Positions 1 to 64,000 of a stretch of 64,000 nucleotides of DNA are shown here, one piece after another. The stretch comes from Octopus sinensis (Eukaryota). Location: contig NC_042997.1 in NCBI RefSeq assembly GCF_006345805.1, forward strand, positions 130,510,001 through 130,574,000, read 5' to 3'. How positions within the stretch are numbered: the stretch's first letter is position 1; each line of letters starts with the position of its first letter. The notes under the pieces are model-generated. The model ran no database searches. It was not told the DNA's origin and worked only from the letters and a program-made list of their open reading frames with translations. The position numbers and the translations under genes were made by a program.

Positions 1-1692
1 CAGGCTTTAAAAAAATATACTGGGTTTGATCCATTCAACTAAAAATTCTTCAAAGCAGTGCCCTAGCATGGCCACAGTCTAATGATTGAACAAGTGAAAG
101 TAAAAAGGGAAAAGGAATGTTTATGAGGTTCTTGTCTATTTAGTTTCTCCTTATTCAATCACACTAAGCCAAGTAGGACTTCCTTGACTGCCACACAGAA
201 TGTTGCTGCTAGTAAACAACAAGGGTCCTGGAAAGAGGGAAAAAAGGTGTGGGATCCCTACCAGAATGGAAACTGTAAAAATAGCAGCAGCTAAGGTTTA
301 AGAAGCTCGTATCAAGGCCATTGGTAAATTGTAAAGAGCATACCATTTCCTGCCAGACTGTATTTAAAATGTCTCTTAACAAATATCAAAGCTTGTTCCT
401 TGAAGTATTTGGTTTAAACATTGAGAAACATTCTATATCTCATAGGAACTGTTCACAGTCTCTTCAACAGAAAGGGAGTGGAAATAACTTGCAGAGATTA
501 GCTTCAGACATATGATTAATTATAAATGATGTTAATAGAGCAACATTATGATAAGGAGTTGTCAGTATTTAGCTTTCATTTTTTGGAAATATACTACGAG
601 ACATTACACAGATGTTTTGACATTACACAGATGTTTCTGTAATCATAAAAGAAACTTGAATTAAAGGAGAGGTTTGTTTTTAATGGTAGAAAGAGAGAAG
701 ATATATTTTATATAATCACTAATGGGACTGGTTTCAGTTATTGTAGTGGTGGAGACTCACTTTAGAGGGAAATGAAGTAAGAAGAAATTACAATTGAGCC
801 TTTTTAATATTCATTTTTGATGCCTCCTCTTCACCCTCCTCCTCCTCCCCCTCCTCCTCATCCGCCTCTTCCGCCTCTTCCCCCTCCCCACACCACCCCT
901 CCTACAAGTAGATGTAGCAAAAGCATTTGTCATCATTATCATCATTGTCATTCTTATTGTCATCATCATTGCTGTCATCACCATCATCAACATCATTATC
1001 ATCATCGCTGTCATCATCGTTGTTATTATCATCATCATCATTGTCATCCTTCTAATCATAATCCTCATTAAAGTCTGTTTTCCATGTTGGCATGGGTCAG
1101 ACAGTTTTCCAGGATCCTGTGAATTACGGGGCTACGTTGCACTATAATGTCAGCTTTGGCATGAATTTCATGGCTAGATGTCCTTCCTAATGCCAACCAC
1201 TTTACAGTGTGTACTGGGTGCACTTTTCATGCCTTTGGCAATTGTGAGATCACCAGGTAACTTTTCAAGAAAGAAAAGAGAAAATCAAAAAACCCTCCCA
1301 GCAAAGTGGGAGAGAGAGTATTTGAGAGGAGGAGGCTGCTTTATACCCAGAGTCAAGAAGGGAAAGTATACTAGTGGGGCCAAGTGCAGGTGTCTAGTTA
1401 TAGATGACATACATGGTTACCTGGGGCAACAGTACTGCAGTATGACAATATCATATGAAAACAATATCATAGAGCAAGAATATCAGAGAAAGACAGTGTC
1501 ATAAGATAGTGACATTGTAGGGAAATGATATCATAGATAAATAATATCATAGTACAATAAATATCATGGGTTAGTAGTATCACTGAAGTACAATATCACA
1601 GGATATTATAGTATTATAGGGTACCATTATCACATTCCAAATATACCATAAGGCAACAACACATACATGTTGATATATTGATACAACACATA

Positions 1693-1906
1693 TTCTTTTC
1701 TACTCTAGGCACAAGGCCCGAAATTTTTAGGGAGGGGGCCAGTTGATTAGATTGACCTCAGTACGCAAATGGTACTTAATTTATTGACCCTGAAAGGATG
1801 AAAGGCAAAGTTGACCCCGGCTGCATTTGAACTTATAACGTAAAGACCGACAAAATACCGCTTGGCATTTCACCCAGCGTGCTAACGATTCTGCCAGCTC
1901 ACCGCC
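1693..1906 (-). mobile_element. tRNA-derived SINE family A (head GGCGGYGAGCTGGCAGAA, core GCCTTTCATCCTTTCGGGGTCGATAAA)
   Basis: About 14-bp TSD TGATACAACAYATA; further copies near 3232, 3456, 6948, 11583, 22841, 24075, 30033, 33293, 53490, 57415. Confidence 0.8.
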
Positions 1907-2148
1907 TTTGATACAACATATATTGATATAGTTATACAGCACATCATCATCATCGTCGTCATCATCATCATTGTTGTTGTTATTGTCATTGTCTTCACTG
2001 GTGTTGGGGTTAGGAGTAATATTGTATATACAAACATTCATAATAATTTATGTTGACATCGATATGTTACAGTGATATTCTGCATGCTAATATATAATAT
2101 ATGAAAGTCTATAATGGTTCTTCGGTCATTAACCCATGTCTTTATTAA

Positions 2149-2369
2149 CCCTTTTGTTATTGTATTTATTTTGAGATGCTCTATGTTTCTTTCAATTACT
2201 TTAAATATAACAAAGAATTTAGTAAAATAACTTAGTTATCATTCAGCTAGTGTTAGAAACATAAATTGTGACTAAGGTTTGGTGGAAGATTTTAATTCAA
2301 AACTTACAAAAACAAGACATTTGTACTACAGAGCCAGAGCCGGTTTCAGCTGGGTTGGTAACGAAAGGG
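2149..2369. mobile_element. piggyBac-like MITE (221 bp)
   Basis: TTAA-CCCTTTTGTTAT ... GTAACGAAAGGG-TTAA; further copies at 6855, 17074 and a fragment near 19555. Confidence 0.85.
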
Positions 2370-3828
2370 TTAAATATTAATCCAGCTTAGAGTAATGAAA
2401 TGACAGAGCAGAATGACTGAAGTCTTGAACAAAATGTCTTGTATTTCGTTTATATTTTGAGTTCAAAAACTGCTGAGATTGAATTTTGCCTTTCATCATT
2501 CTGTGGTGGTGGTGGTGGTGGTGGCGGTGGTGGTGCTGTTGGTGGTAGTGGTGGCTGCAATGGTGATCGTGGAAGTAGTGGTGGTGGTGGTGGTGGTGGT
2601 GTGGTATTGGGACTAATGGAAATGGAGGGTGCAATATAATAAGTACCAGTGATGAATTGAGGTCAAGCTAATCGTTTGTATTGTGGAGGCACATGGCTTA
2701 GTGGTTTGGGTGTCGGGCTCATGGCTGTAAGATTGTGGTTTCAATTCCTGGACTGGGTAACACATTGTGCTCTTGAGCAAAACACTTCATTTCACATTGC
2801 TCCAGTCCACTCAGCCGGCAAAAATTAGTAATCCGGTGATGGACCAGCATTCTGTCCAGGTGAGGAATATATATACATCATGGAAACCTGGAAACTGGCC
2901 CCAATGCATTGGTATGGCTTGAGAAGGAAACTTTACCTTCACCTTTAATTATTTGTATTCTTCCTTGCAATTTAGTGTCCTCTGCTGATGTTTAAATCAA
3001 TCCTGAGCAGAAAGAAGATGAAATCAATAAATAATTATAATCTTGATAGGGAAACATTTAAAAATTTTTTTTCCTTTTTGACTTTTTAAATAATACGCAG
3101 AGCTTACTTGTTTTGTTGGTTGCTATTGATGATGTTTCAGGAGGCATACTGACATCTCAAAAGTGTTTTTGAAATTGTTTAGTGAGTTGAGATCTACATT
3201 ATGTTCTTCAGATGTTACCATGAAAATTGGTTTCAAATTTAGGCACAAAGCCAGCAAGTTTGGGGCTAGGGTTAAGTTGATTACATTGACCCCAGTGCTC
3301 AACTGGTACCTGTTTTATTGACCTCAAAAGGATGAAAGGTAAAGTTGTGGAATTTGAACTCAGAATGTGAGGATGGATAAAATGCTACTGAGCATTTCTC
3401 CCAGCATGTTAATGATTCTACCAGCCCACTACCTTATCCTCTCATTAATTTTGATTTCAAATTGTAGCACAAGGCCAGCAATTTTGTGAGATGACTAATT
3501 CAATTACATTGACTCTAGTGTTCAATTAGCACTAATGGCCGCAGTCAAATGACTGAAACAAGTAAATGAGTAAGCATTTTGCTCAGCATGCTAATGAATC
3601 TGCCAGTTCGTTGCCTTATGCTGTCATATTTAATTAGGTCAAGGATGAGCAACTTTTTTCAAGAAGCAGGCCACATAAAACATGATTCATTATCAGGTGG
3701 ATCACATTACTAATAAAATTGAAGGTAAATTTTTGTTGGGCACACCATTCAGAAAGTCCCATGGGTTGCAGGTTTTTATGACTGATCTAACTTCTCATTT
3801 TAATTTTTCTTTGTAATTTCTTCCACAG

Positions 3829-63125
<59,297 letters not shown>

Positions 63126-63331
63126 GTAAGATGTGTTAAAAATAAATGTGTTACATTGAAGTATGTGTATATGCATATATGTATGTATGCGTGTGTGTGT
63201 GTGCATGTGTGTGTGTATCTGTATGTCTGTTTATTTGTTTTTCAGCCTGTCATTTTTGTATTTGGTTTGTAAGATTCTTGATGTGAACCTGTGTATTGAG
63301 TCAAAGATTTTTCTTATCTTGGTGGGAGGTG

Positions 63332-63633
63332 GGAGGGTCATTATGCCAATAATAAACACACGTACTGGCTCTATTTCACTTCTTTTATTATTATTAATCC
63401 ATTGGTTAACTATTTAATCAATTGTTTGATGAATATGGAGTAGGGATGGTAGGTCATTGGCAAAGTTACAAATGGCAACAAATGGACTTTGACAAACCTA
63501 ACTGAATGATTCACTAAAGAATTTATTGAACAGTTGATTAGTTAATTAATTAAATAGCAAACCAATTAACTAATAATAATAAAAGAAGTGAAATAGAACC
63601 AGTATGTGTTTATCATTGGCATAATGACCCTCC
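63332..63633. mobile_element. MITE-like element with long TIRs (about 62 bp, GGAGGGTCATTATGCC..)
   Basis: 63332-63395 vs 63571-63633; a partial copy lies at about 50560-50725. Confidence 0.7.
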
Positions 63634-63923
63634 AGAAATACAACAGAATATATAAATATTCTGCTGTATTTCAGACGATTATGGTTCCTTGTTAGTGTAT
63701 TTGTTTTCATTCATGTGTGTTAATTACAGCATTAGAGCAGTTTAGTTCTTATTTCTAGCAAAGTAGGTGTTTCCTAACATCCTGGTTGCATTTAGTGACA
63801 TTTGGTGAAACATAGAAATCTGTTGTTCATATTTTTTTTTATATGTATATATGGTGCAGCCCCTCAGCTTACCAGCTCTGGTCAAACCAGCCAACTCATA
63901 CCAGTATGGCCAATGGACGTTAA

Positions 63924-63967
<44 letters not shown>

Positions 63968-64000
63968 ATATACATCTGTGTGTTCAGCATTGTTGATTTT

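Noticed and set aside
199-294. Possible extra upstream exon (NVAASKQQGSWKEGKKVWDPYQNGNC)
   Set aside because: It ends in a stop, has no good in-phase donor and shows no sushi/HYR pattern.
811-1071. Poly-Pro/His/Met ORFs, and the many His-Thr, Val-Cys, Ile-Tyr, poly-Ile and poly-Asn ORFs in the track
   Set aside because: They are translations of CAT, CA/TG, TA and TAA microsatellites, with no splice or domain support.

Overview
Eukaryotic, AT-rich, repeat-dense DNA; the SINE/LINE/microsatellite content looks like an Octopus genome (inferred from recall, not searched). One + strand gene spans the window: 14 exons with GT-AG boundaries (3829-63125) splice into a continuous 3081-nt/1027-codon frame, incomplete at both ends. 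It encodes a dibasic-site linker, 3 ephrin-receptor-like Cys repeats, 6 EGF, a pentraxin domain and at least 6 further EGF-like modules, i.e. an SVEP1/polydom-like protein that has EGFs rather than sushi domains after the pentraxin. The introns hold Tc1, maT, Tigger-, hAT-, piggyBac- and Helentron-like DNA elements, an almost complete RTE LINE, R4/Dong LINEs stacked in one (TAA)n tract, a Tx1-like LINE end, a Ty3/gypsy gag remnant, a solo LTR and several tRNA-derived SINE families. The most interesting signals are: several minimal Penelope-type hammerhead ribozyme motifs, one with a compensatory U3-A8 core in the loop of a 150-bp inverted repeat; many long near-perfect intronic inverted repeats; serial (TAA)n-targeted insertion including an unclassified 537-bp element; and two visible SINE/LINE 3'-end partnerships. 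Coordinates were counted by hand; repeat boundaries may be off by a few bases.
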